This document shows, in pieces, positions 21,822 to 31,454 of a stretch of 64,000 nt of DNA; within the stretch, counting starts at the first letter, position 1, and every line of letters begins with the position of its first letter. This stretch comes from an uncultured cyanobacterium (GTDB lineage Bacteria; Cyanobacteriota; Cyanobacteriia; CAKZMO01): positions 96,001 to 160,000 of the forward strand of contig CAVRCJ010000005.1 of NCBI GenBank assembly GCA_963719515.1, written 5' to 3'. The translations under genes were made by a program, and so were the position numbers. The notes beneath the pieces are model-generated. The model saw only the letters and a list, made by a program, of their open reading frames with translations. It did not search any database and was not told the origin of the DNA.

Positions 21822-24174
21822 TGGTTTCTTTGGTTCCAGTTGAGCGGGTGAGTAAATCTAGCCAGGTGGCGATCGCCCGAAAATAGGGTGCGTTATAGGG
21901 GCTCTTTAGGGAGGTGCTAACAGCAGAAAATCCCTTTGTATTCTTCACCTCTTTCGAAACTCTAGCTAGGGTATAAGCCACGCGGGGCAGGTGAAGAAAA
22001 TAGCGAAGTGCCTTAACCTGCGTAGACTTCTCTTCCTTTGCCTGCTTAATCCACTGCTCTTGGAGCTGCGCTGTAGAGAGCAGATTGCGGACAAAGCTGC
22101 GGGAGTACTGGGTACCCAGCTCGTCTTTGAGCTGACGGACGAACGGCAGCACGCCAAATAGAGCTAACGTCGTATCCTTGCCGATGTACTCCTTCAGTTC
22201 GGCGTCAATCACCGCAATTTCAGAAGCTGCTTGGTCGCGGCATCCCAACCACTCCTCCCACTTAAAAACTTGGTCAAACAGCCCCAAGCTGTCGCGGCCA
22301 TTATCTTTACCCTGCTCCTCCGCATGGCCAGCATCCGCCGCCGACTGATACAGGGGATACTTAGGGCCGTTGAAGCTCACCCCCGCCGAAAGTGTAATGT
22401 CGGGGTGCCAGCCGGTGAAGGCGCGAAAGCTCTGGTACACGTCAAAGGCAAATTCTACGATTTGGTCCCAAGGACCGCTGACAAACAGGTCGTCGCCACC
22501 AGCATAGATAAACAGTAAGTCTTGGCGAAGGTCATCAGTTAAGCTCTGAAACGGCTGCTGGGATCTGTGGCCCAGGAAATCGCGATCGCGGTGTGCTGCC
22601 AGGCTGTTGAGGTAGACCTTAAAGAAGTAGCTCATCTGACGGGACAGGCTGGCGATTCGTAATAGGTTGGGGCAGGTCAACCCCCGAGCGAAGAGCTGCC
22701 CCAGGCGATCCACATCCATCCGCAGGTGCCCTACCCGCTGAATACCCTGCGATCGCTCTGCCATCTTGGAAGCGGGGAGAAACTGCTTTCGCGTTTGCCC
22801 TCTCTCATTCTCAAACTCGGATTTCTGACCGTAGTTGCCGAGCGGCAGCAGCGTTGGATTACGAAATCTCCTGACCTGATAGTCGCTAATTTTCCAGTTA
22901 TTAATGAGGAATGTGGTCTCCACCGGCACCTCAGAGACAACATTCGTGGCCTCGAAAAGACGGTAATAAACCGCTCGCTGCCCAACTTGGATTTTGAGCT
23001 CTTTGCCATCGTACTTATGCTCCGGTTTGTGCATCCTTGAAGGCTCGTAGGAGCGGGTCATAGAGCCAACATCGGGCAGTTCGCTACCAAGGCTGAACAT
23101 CTTGCGGCAGGTGGGGCACGCCTCCGGGCCTTCTTGGTCGAGGGTGTTGAGCGGCCCTAGCTCGTCTGTGTCGTCCCGGTGGCAGACTTTACAGGGTTCG
23201 TAGGCATGATGCAGTGCCAGTAGGTCGCCAATTTGGCTGTCGAACTTACGCTGCTTTTGAGCCGATAGCCGCTTATTGATAGTGGTCCAATCGTTCGCAA
23301 AGCCTTCTTGTCCCAAGGCGTTGATGTCAACCTCGACCTGATCCAAGCAGAGAAAGACCTTTCCCTGAAACTCCCTTCGTAGCCAGCCATTCACCTCTTC
23401 TCTGAGCTGAGCGATCGCCCCCTGAGTCTTCTCCCCAGCCGGGGCGATCAGATACAGCTTGCTGGCCCCCGTGTAGATAAGGCTGGTGCGCGGCAGCTGT
23501 AATCGCTCCAAAAGCTGCTGCACCACCTCTTCCGCCACCAGCTCCAGGTAAAAGCTGCGGGCACGGAGAGATTTAAGCGCCCCATCGGAAGCGATGGTGT
23601 ATATAAAGTCCTGCACGCCAGAGAGGTCACCGCCAATGAGCGCGACCGTGTTGACCTGCTTATCTCCAGCCTCTGATGCCTCGATAGCGGTGGCGATCGC
23701 TGCAGTTGATTTTGCTAAGTCAAATAGAGAAATATCGGCATCACCGTAGCTGAGGCAGCCGCCAAACTTCTCCACGATGAGCGACAGCGAGGGAAGATTC
23801 TGCCAGTCGTCTGAGTTGAAGCCGGTTAGGTCAGCGCTGATGCTCTTTTTGAGTAGTTCAGCATCAGGTATTGCTTCGACAGGATATGGAATGGGCGGGG
23901 TGTCATCGGCGATCGCTGACATGGGCTGGTAGTGATGTCCTCGTGACCCTTGAGCGAGGTGAATTGAGTCAAAAATGGAGCGCAGCGGCTTGAGCTCGGT
24001 GGCGTTTGCCCAAGCCGGTAAGCTTGCTTTAGAACGGATAACCGTTGTCGTGTCTTCTGGCGTGAAAGCTACAAGAGCAGATAAACCGGCGAAATCTGCT
24101 AGACGCTCTACCGCCTGCTGAAAGATAACGAGAGCTGGGTCAGGAGTTGTCATTGCGCTGCTGCCGCCCTTCAT
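21799..24174 (-). CDS. cas10: Cas10/Csm1 with intact palm domain and no recognisable HD motif
   Basis: GDLSGVQDFIY, LRARSFYL, a zinc-finger cysteine pair, MDVDRLG and YAGGDDLF. Confidence 0.95.
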   Translation of the reverse strand: MKGGSSAMTTPDPALVIFQQAVERLADFAGLSALVAFTPEDTTTVIRSKASLPAWANATELKPLRSIFDSIHLAQGSRGHHYQPMSAIADDTPPIPYPVEAIPDAELLKKSISADLTGFNSDDWQNLPSLSLIVEKFGGCLSYGDADISLFDLAKSTAAIATAIEASEAGDKQVNTVALIGGDLSGVQDFIYTIASDGALKSLRARSFYLELVAEEVVQQLLERLQLPRTSLIYTGASKLYLIAPAGEKTQGAIAQLREEVNGWLRREFQGKVFLCLDQVEVDINALGQEGFANDWTTINKRLSAQKQRKFDSQIGDLLALHHAYEPCKVCHRDDTDELGPLNTLDQEGPEACPTCRKMFSLGSELPDVGSMTRSYEPSRMHKPEHKYDGKELKIQVGQRAVYYRLFEATNVVSEVPVETTFLINNWKISDYQVRRFRNPTLLPLGNYGQKSEFENERGQTRKQFLPASKMAERSQGIQRVGHLRMDVDRLGQLFARGLTCPNLLRIASLSRQMSYFFKVYLNSLAAHRDRDFLGHRSQQPFQSLTDDLRQDLLFIYAGGDDLFVSGPWDQIVEFAFDVYQSFRAFTGWHPDITLSAGVSFNGPKYPLYQSAADAGHAEEQGKDNGRDSLGLFDQVFKWEEWLGCRDQAASEIAVIDAELKEYIGKDTTLALFGVLPFVRQLKDELGTQYSRSFVRNLLSTAQLQEQWIKQAKEEKSTQVKALRYFLHLPRVAYTLARVSKEVKNTKGFSAVSTSLKSPYNAPYFRAIATWLDLLTRSTGTKETNGQEQDN

Positions 24175-24399
24175 GAAGACCTCGCGTCGAGTTCTGCGGC
24201 ATGTCTTGGCGCGAAGGGGGGCTAATCACAACTTCAAGCGCTTTCGATACTAGCCGTAGTCCGCATATACCTTAACTAATGGTCTTGGCTCGCGGCAACG
24301 TTTTGTTTGCTATGAAATCTTAATATTTCCTGTAAGTCGCCCAGTGAGGGAGCATGTCACTTTTGAGCCCAGTCTAAAGAGAAGCCGCTAGCGTCTACA

Positions 24400-25010
24400 C
24401 CCTAAATCCCTCTCCCAATCCTGGGAGAGGAACTTGGATATCTTGCTCTCCTTCTCCCAATTTTGGGAGAAGGGGTTGGGGGATGAGGGCCGCTTGCCGC
24501 TCACGCGAACCTGTCTAGCATCAGAGAATCGCCCGATAAATTTCCTCCAAAACAACGTTTAAGCTGCCTAGAATAGCTTCGTTTGTAAATCGTAAAACCT
24601 GGTAGCTATACTTCTCTAATTCTTCAGTTCTGTAGGCATCGTAGTCTTCGCGCTGCGCATGAATACCCCCATCAATTTCAATCACAAGCTTCTCAGAAGG
24701 GCAGTAGAAATCTAGGATAAATCGGCCAACCGGATGCTGCCTACGAAAGCGCAAGCCATTCAGCTTTCGGTTCCGCAACGCTTGCCATAGCCTGACCTCT
24801 GCGGGGGTAGAGCGTTTGCGCAGTTGCCGCGCGGCTTGGTCAATGTTCGGGGTGGTTCCTCGGATTCTGGGATGCTTTTGCTGTGACGCCATTGTTCTAG
24901 GGCGATCGCTTTTGAAAAGGATTCCCGGATTTGGCCCTCTCCCCCGGCCCCTCTCAACTGTGCATAGCCCTCACCCCCGGCCCCTCTCCCAATTCTGGGC
25001 GAGGGGAGTC
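24400..25010. repeat. REP-like palindromes flanking the DUF559 gene (further copies at 25925-26070)
   Basis: CCCTCTCCCAA...TGGGAGAGG hairpins on both sides of the gene. Confidence 0.7.
24521..24892 (-). CDS. DUF559 (Vsr-like) endonuclease-domain protein
   Basis: ARQLRK, TPAEVRLW, FRRQHPVGRFILDFYC and IEIDGGIH motifs. Confidence 0.9.
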   Translation of the reverse strand: MASQQKHPRIRGTTPNIDQAARQLRKRSTPAEVRLWQALRNRKLNGLRFRRQHPVGRFILDFYCPSEKLVIEIDGGIHAQREDYDAYRTEELEKYSYQVLRFTNEAILGSLNVVLEEIYRAIL

Positions 25011-25016
25011 CGGATA

Positions 25017-25268
25017 CCTCACATTCCTATGAGAAGAAAGACCAACACGAGATTGAATTGAAATGCGATCGCGATCGCCTGGGCGTGTTTCTATCCCCGT
25101 GAGGGGAAGACGGCGCGAAACAAGCATCCACGAAAAGATCGAAGGCAGGGCCGCCTTGTTTCCATCCCCGTGAGGGGAAAATGGCGCGAAACCGCTCGCA
25201 GTGGTTGAAGATGAACGGAACAAAATGATGCAAGTTTCCATCCCCGTGAGGGGAAAATGGCGCGAAAC
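25017..25268 (-). CRISPR. mini-array 2: three 35-nt repeats plus a probable highly degenerate terminal repeat
   Basis: GTTTCCATCCCCGTGAGGGGAAAATGGCGCGAAAC (+ strand) at 25158 and 25234, with a variant at 25087; leader motif at 25416. Confidence 0.88.
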
Positions 25269-25649
25269 CCCACCCCTTTTAGAACGCCCATCACACAAGG
25301 CATCGAGATACCCCGAACCACAGAGGTCTAAAAGAGAAGTCAATAGACAAGAACTGCTTGCATCAGACGTACGGAAAGTAACGCCTAAACCCTTGCGGGA
25401 CAAGCAATCCACATAGGTCAACGTAACTATGCGGTTTTCAAGGATCGGTAGACCTCTGTGGCCAGAGCGTCATTGCCCCAACTATAGTGCCGAATACCGT
25501 TTTCTATCCGCGCCTCAAGAATTTCTTTAGAGTCAGACTACGGTCGATTGACCCGGCGGGTAAACACGCTGTAGAGCCGAGCCAAAATCAACTCGCGATC
25601 TAAGGTGCGTATATTGCGAGCCACAGTAAAGCTAACAGGACTGACGTAA

Positions 25650-25806
25650 GGTCACCCCCAAGCAGCCGACCGTTACGGTTTGCAGGCTGGTTGATGGTGA
25701 GTACGAGCTGCTGCAGTTCCGTAGCGGCAACGATGCTGATCGCGTCATGTTTCCCAGTTTTCCGGGGTTTGCGCCGACGGTGAACCAGATTTTCAATCCC
25801 GGTTAG
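25650..25806 (+). pseudogene. Uma2 C-terminal fragment
   Basis: Encodes KQPTVTVCRLVDGEYELLQFR...PSFPGFAPTVNQIF with no N-terminus. Confidence 0.6.
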
Positions 25807-26079
25807 ATTTTTAATTTTCTGTGATGTCGTTGTTCCAGGGCGATCGATCTCCCAACCTAACGACCTGTGGTCACGCTACGCGTTTGCGAAGCATGAGCTT
25901 TGCTCAAAGGGCGAGGGGAGTCCGGTCCCCTTCCCTCGGAATCGGGGGAAGGGCTAGGGATGGGGGCCAAGTCCCTGTGAGGAAAGAGTCGTTTGGCGTT
26001 TTGAGGACCTCTCCCCCGGCCCCTCTCCCAACCTACGACCTGCGGTCACGCTACGCGAAGGGAGAGGGGAGTCTGGATA

Positions 26080-26184
26080 CCCCATATTCCTATGAGAGGA
26101 AAAACCAATGCGAGATTGAATTGAAATGCGATCGCGATCGCCTGGGCGCGTTTCAATCCCCGTGAGGGGAAAAAGAATCGAAAC
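26080..26184 (-). CRISPR. mini-array 3: one intact repeat, one spacer and a degenerate repeat
   Basis: GTTTCAATCCCCGTGAGGGGAAAAAGAATCGAAAC at 26150-26184, with the leader motif 147 bp away. Confidence 0.75.
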
Positions 26185-26422
26185 CTCCTCGATTTAGAAC
26201 CTCCGCCCCATAAGGCTTTCAGATAGCCAAAATTGCGGGGGACGGAAATATGAGGTCATAGTTGCGAAACGCTTGCAACAGGCCAGAGCAGAATAATGCT
26301 CAAACCCAGTCATAGTAAGCCCTCCGCGGGGGTCAACGTAATTATGCGGTTTTCAAGGATCGGCAGACCCCCACAGATGGAGGTCCATGCGCCAAATATA
26401 GTGCTCATCGCCTCGAATGTGT

Positions 26423-26674
26423 TTATTCTTTTGACGTTTCTTTAGAATCTCGCCCCCGGTTAATCCAACGGGTGAATACGCTGTAGAACTGATCTCCTGA
26501 TGGCGTTCGCAGCAGCGGACTCCAAAGATTGGGATGGCCGAAGCCCTTCGAGTACAGCAGATGGATCGTGCTGGTGATTCCAGCGCGGGAACCCGTCAGC
26601 ACCACGCGAACCGGCTCGCGGTTAGACTGCTCTGACGAATCATTATGATCGCGGAGTGGAGGAACATTGGACAT
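26423..26674 (-). CDS. small cyanobacterial hypothetical protein (L-x-GS...I-x-x-L...W-S/T-PL type)
   Basis: REPVRVVLTGSRAGITSTIHLLYSKGF...WSPLL; similar to the ORF at 53423. Confidence 0.65.
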   Translation of the reverse strand: MSNVPPLRDHNDSSEQSNREPVRVVLTGSRAGITSTIHLLYSKGFGHPNLWSPLLRTPSGDQFYSVFTRWINRGRDSKETSKE

Positions 26675-26798
26675 AACTGATAGACCAAAAATAAGCAGGA
26701 CGACAGGCGATGGGTGCTAGACCATCGTTTGATGAGACACTGAGACCAATAGCAAAACCAGCGCTGCTGGCGTCGGTCAAACAGCGAGTTTACTTATC

Positions 26799-26875
26799 CA
26801 AGCAGGCTTGTAATCCTATTGCTAGTCAACCATGCTTGTAGGGGTAAGTCAAGCTGGTTTATCCAAGCGTGCTTA
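26799..26875. promoter_or_regulatory. four CAAGCNNGCTTG-like palindromes, putative operators
   Basis: Copies at 26799, 26827, 26850 and 26864, between divergent genes. Confidence 0.6.
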
Positions 26876-26881
26876 TACACA

Positions 26882-27118
26882 ATGGCTCCGAAATCTTCAA
26901 AAGATCAAGACTCTCCTCTCCGTCAGCGACGAGAGGAGCTAGGCCTGACGCAGCGCGACCTAGCTCTCGCTCTCGGCAAAACAGACCAGACCATCAGCAA
27001 TTGGGAAACGGGTATTTACGAGCCGAAGATGACTCCTCGGGAGATCAAGAAGTTATGTGAGCTACTGCAATGGAAAATTGAAGACATGCCAGATGAGTTT
27101 GGCCCGGCATCTGGCTAA
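26882..27118 (+). CDS. XRE/Cro-C1 HTH regulator
   Basis: LRQRREELGLTQRDLALALGKTDQTISNWETG. Confidence 0.9.
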   Translation: MAPKSSKDQDSPLRQRREELGLTQRDLALALGKTDQTISNWETGIYEPKMTPREIKKLCELLQWKIEDMPDEFGPASG

Positions 27119-27277
27119 ACTTGAGGCACCCCTTTAAAGAATCGCCATCGTGATTAACGAAGACCAGGGCGATCGCTTTAGCGATCGCCCTACAGGTCCA
27201 GATAAGCTAGATTTCTGGCAAGCGCTTCAAAAATTCCGCCAGCAGCTCGAACATGAGAACTGGGCGATCGCCACAAG

Positions 27278-27712
27278 TTACAGCCCCTCAAGCTCCTCCC
27301 GCAAGACCTGAGAATCCCTCCAAGCGCTTACACGTCCATCGCGATAAACCTTAGCGATAAACGGTGCCGGATTTTCTCTAGCGAAATTTTGCATGCTCGT
27401 CATCGCTTGAGTAAAAGCTGCAATGGTGTTAGCCCCAGATAAATTCTGAGAGGTCAGCACGAACATCTTAACGTTGGCGCTAGCTACCGCTAGACGTTCT
27501 AAAGTTCGCTTACCGATCCGCTCATCCTTGGTGAGAACGATCCACCCTCGGCGTCCTATCTCGGGAAGCCAGTCTACGTCAGGAGCATCTTTAGCAAAGT
27601 GGTCGTCATGAATCTCGACGGTGAGGTTGAGATCCCGCAGAGCTTGAGCCAGCTTCTTGCGGCCTAAGCACCTGTCAATGAAAAAGGTTGCGACTTCAGA
27701 TGATGAAGTCAT
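27278..27712 (-). CDS. PIN-like toxin (VapC45-like)
   Basis: FFIDRCLG, DVDWL and WIVLTKDERI motifs. Confidence 0.8.
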   Translation of the reverse strand: MTSSSEVATFFIDRCLGRKKLAQALRDLNLTVEIHDDHFAKDAPDVDWLPEIGRRGWIVLTKDERIGKRTLERLAVASANVKMFVLTSQNLSGANTIAAFTQAMTSMQNFARENPAPFIAKVYRDGRVSAWRDSQVLREELEGL

Positions 27713-28410
27713 GCCGCCGCTGGCATTTCACAGCGAATCGCTTCTTCCACAAATAAAGGCGGACAATCGTAGTCTTCCACTAAGTCTTGAATTGAATCCC
27801 CCGCTTTATACCTTTCTGCAATGACGCCTGTTGGAATGCCAGTCTTATCAATGACGAGCCGACCAAACGCAATGCGAGGGTCAATAACAACAATACGCGG
27901 GTTGTGGGCCTCGTCAGCTCGGGTAAAGGGGTAAAGCTTAATAGCCAGCCCAGAATCATCTGGCTCGATGCGTTCTAGATGCGTCTTGACCACCTCTTTC
28001 AAACTGGTTTGTCCCTGTTGCGAAGCGCTGATGAGGGTACCGTAACGTTCAATAAACAGATTGACGCCGTCAGTGCTAAAGCTTTCGTGGGCTAACGGAT
28101 GGGAAACCCGAAGCTGATCTTCGAGGAAATCTAGAGCGCTCCGAACTTTGTCCAGCTGGATCTTGTGATACTTGCGAATTGCCCTCAAAACGTGGACTTC
28201 GACTAGGTTTGTAAATGACAGCAGTCGGGGTTTGAGATCGTCTGTGGAGATCAAGGGTTCAAAAAAGCGCTCTCCCTGTGATACTGGATATGACCGACCT
28301 GCCGTCCACGAACGAATTGTGCCCGCTGGAATTCTCAAATAGCGAGCAGCATCGCTAATTGCGTAGGTCGGAATGTTTTGAGGATTCCCACCGTCATACA
28401 GGTTTGCCAT
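27709..28410 (-). CDS. DUF433 antitoxin with N-terminal HTH (VapB45-like)
   Basis: AARYLRIPAGTIRSW, SFTNLVE and IDPRIAFGR motifs; overlaps the PIN gene by 4 bp. Confidence 0.82.
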   Translation of the reverse strand: MANLYDGGNPQNIPTYAISDAARYLRIPAGTIRSWTAGRSYPVSQGERFFEPLISTDDLKPRLLSFTNLVEVHVLRAIRKYHKIQLDKVRSALDFLEDQLRVSHPLAHESFSTDGVNLFIERYGTLISASQQGQTSLKEVVKTHLERIEPDDSGLAIKLYPFTRADEAHNPRIVVIDPRIAFGRLVIDKTGIPTGVIAERYKAGDSIQDLVEDYDCPPLFVEEAIRCEMPAAA

Positions 28411-28626
28411 CGGTACGCGCGCTTACCCTGAAGCACAGGGAAGTAGGTGATGATTGGGCGATCGTAGCACTTTTTGAGGGAGGAGCAGCCGCATAACGCT
28501 AGTTTCTGCACTCGCGAAGGATTTGCTCTTTGAGCGTATTCTGCAATTGGCTAGCGCTTACTACCCTTGAAAGACATCTTTCAGTAGGTAACCGCCGTAA
28601 GTTAAAAACCTATAAGCACCTCATCC

Positions 28627-29856
28627 ATGCAATTTGCCTCCACTTTCCTCTCCCACGCCTCTGTAGACAAACCTCTAGTCGAAGCCGTCGCCCAGCGGCT
28701 CGGTCGCCGGGGCGTCTTGGCCTGGCTCGACAAAACCGAGCTAGCCCTGGGTTCTCTAAGCGCCGCCCTCAAGCAGGCCGTCCAGCAGCAGGCCACCATC
28801 ACCCTGTTTCTCTCCGAAGCCGCGATCGCCTCCGACTGGTGCCGGGATGAGCTGCTCTACGCCCTCGAAAATGCCGAGAACTTGGACCACATTCTGCCGG
28901 TGTACCTGGGTGACCCCGTCGCGCTGGTGACAAAACACCCCATCCTGCGATCGCGTTTCCTGCATCCCGACGGCGATCGCGTTGACCAGCTTGGAGTCTT
29001 TGACTCAAGCAATCCCACAAGCCCCGACCCAGACGTCGTAGCCCAGATGATTGCCGCCACCGTTTATGGGCACCTATCAGTAGAGTCATCCCCCGAAGTC
29101 GCGATCGTCTTAGATCAGCGGGGGAATGGACCGCGTCGGGGCCGTCTGCCGTCTATCCCCACTAACGTGCAGAGCTTATCGATTCCTGCGCTTACCTTTC
29201 GGCCCGATATCGGCGTACGGCAGCAGCGATCGCTTTTGACCGGCAGCGACTGGGAGGACATGAGCCAAACGATGGCATCCGCCTTCGACGCGGCCTTGGG
29301 CACTATGCGCGGCGACTCTCGCAAGGTTCTGATTCTTGGGAATGCTCAAACGGGGCTGATGTGGGCCGTTGGCCAGCACTTTAACCGGACGACCTCGGCA
29401 GATTTGTACGTCTATGGCAGAGAGGGCGTACCCTTGTCTAATAAAGGACAGATTCGGCATACGTCTTTGTCTGGTGGCGATTCGCAGCGGGCAACGCTTG
29501 TCTCTAACCCTGCGGACCTAGGTGCTAACCAGGCAGAAGTTGCTTTAGGGGTTGGCCCTTCAGAGAAATTTAAAGCGGCTGTCCAAAAAGCGGTTCCTCA
29601 GGTTCCCCTATTCTGGGTTGAGTCTGGCCGTATTGAGAATTCGGAGCAGGCGATGACGCTGGCTGCAGATATCGTCGCCTCGGTTGAGCATCTTCGCCAA
29701 ACCTATGGCGTTGAGCAGTTGACGATGTTCTGGACGACGGCAAATCATGCAGCAACCCTAGTGGCCGCAAATTTGACGTCGCACGTTATCTCCAACGTCA
29801 GATACATGGAGTGGGACCACGGCAGCGGAGAATACGTCCATCTGCCAATGCCGTAG
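28627..29856 (+). CDS. TIR-domain protein with a probable C-terminal SAVED domain
   Basis: TIR motifs FLSHASVDK, WLDK and SDWCRDEL (catalytic Glu position). The C-terminal LTMFW...LVAANL...VRYMEWD...EY pattern resembles SAVED. Confidence 0.75.
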   Translation: MQFASTFLSHASVDKPLVEAVAQRLGRRGVLAWLDKTELALGSLSAALKQAVQQQATITLFLSEAAIASDWCRDELLYALENAENLDHILPVYLGDPVALVTKHPILRSRFLHPDGDRVDQLGVFDSSNPTSPDPDVVAQMIAATVYGHLSVESSPEVAIVLDQRGNGPRRGRLPSIPTNVQSLSIPALTFRPDIGVRQQRSLLTGSDWEDMSQTMASAFDAALGTMRGDSRKVLILGNAQTGLMWAVGQHFNRTTSADLYVYGREGVPLSNKGQIRHTSLSGGDSQRATLVSNPADLGANQAEVALGVGPSEKFKAAVQKAVPQVPLFWVESGRIENSEQAMTLAADIVASVEHLRQTYGVEQLTMFWTTANHAATLVAANLTSHVISNVRYMEWDHGSGEYVHLPMP

Positions 29857-30094
29857 TGGGCTGAGAGCGTAGTCAGCTCGTCGATGACTCATCATCCGCC
29901 AAGCCGCTGGCTACTGACATGCTGTAACCCAAGAGCTACACCGCTTTTTCGGAAAAGAGCGATGTCTGGCTGGCTTTGCGATCGCTCGCGAGCCTGCGAG
30001 TGTTTTGGTAGGGCCGCTTTGTAAATGTGAATCGTGTTCGTGGTATGTAGTACGGGGCGCTCGACAGCGGGCTTTCCTGCAGCGCAATTTTTGT

Positions 30095-30850
30095 GTTTCA
30101 GTCCCCTGACGGGGTGAAGTAGTCCTGAACGAGGGTCCTGACGGAACGCTCAGCATCGCATTAGTTGTTTCAGTCCCCTGACGGGGTGAAGTAGTCCTGA
30201 ACCAGTTCCTCAAACTGCTGTAGAGGCAAGCAACAGGTTTCAGTCCCCTGACGGGGTGAAGTAGTCCTGAACCCTTCTTCTTCACGGGCAACCGGCCCGG
30301 AGACGGGGCGTTTCAGTCCCCTGACGGGGTGAAGTAGTCCTGAATTCAAATGCGAATTCGACAAAGTTCTACAAAGGTTTGGGTTTCAGTCCCCTGACGG
30401 GGTGAAGTAGTCCTGAACCTGTAACGGGAAGGGAAAGGTAAAGAATCATCGCGGTGGTTTCAGTCCCCTGACGGGGTGAAGTAGTCCTGAACACGTTCGA
30501 GGAAATGCGGACATAGATATCTGTGGGTTTCAGTCCCCTGACGGGGTGAAGTAGTCCTGAACTGCCAATGCTTGGGTGTATGGCGTTCATTTACTGGATT
30601 GTGTTTCAGTCCCCTGACGGGGTGAAGTAGTCCTGAACCGATGATATCCTGAAGGGAGACATCAACACGGGAGTTTCAGTCCCCTGACGGGGTGAAGTAG
30701 TCCTGAACGCGCCTAGGTTCTTTCTCTCCACGTTTGTTGAGAGGTTTCAGTCCCCTGACGGGGTGAAGTAGTCCTGAACAATAAAGTTAAGTCTATCTAG
30801 AAGCGGAGCATCTGGTTTCAGTCCCCTGACGGGGTGAAGTAGTCCTGAAC
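30095..30850 (-). CRISPR. CRISPR array 4: 11 repeats of 36 nt, 10 spacers
   Basis: Minus-strand repeat GTTCAGGACTACTTCACCCCGTCAGGGGACTGAAAC; leader motif at 30996-31028. Confidence 0.97.
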
Positions 30851-31454
30851 CCCCACCTTCTAGAACCCTTGCTACACAAGCCTTCCAGAAGCCGATTTTG
30901 ACAGGTCCAAAACTTGTTGTCAATAGGCCCATTCTCTGAGCAATTATAAATCTCAGAAAACGTCTGAAACGCTTATCTGACAACGCTTGTGACAAGGTCA
31001 ACGGAATAATGCGGTTTTCAAGGTTCGGCGCACACTGATACATTAACCCACTTCTCCTCATTTGTCCCATCCCGTAAGGTAATCTTCACAATCTCCCTCT
31101 AGCCCTCAAAGTCAAGCCCAGCAATAAATCTAACCCCTCCAGCCACAGCCATACTCAGCTCCACAGACCCATCGATTTTAGGCAAAAGCCCCCTTTCACC
31201 ACTCCACATCAGGAAGCCCAAAAAATGCGCCTTAATGCATTTGGTATGCACAAAAAAGCCACCAAAGGCGATCGCCTCCGACTAAAACCCTCACGCCAAA
31301 AACATTCCAGCCATTCAGGCCGCCGAGCCATCACTGACAAAATTTCTACACTAAGCGGTATACCCCACCACTTCTCCACCACCACCACCACAGCACATCC
31401 CCATGCTAAGCTACACCCAACCCCAAACGGGGACCGAAACACAAAATCCCCACC

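Noticed and set aside
12017..30814. Self-targeting spacers
   Set aside because: No convincing protospacer match was found by eye within the window; a genome-wide search is needed.
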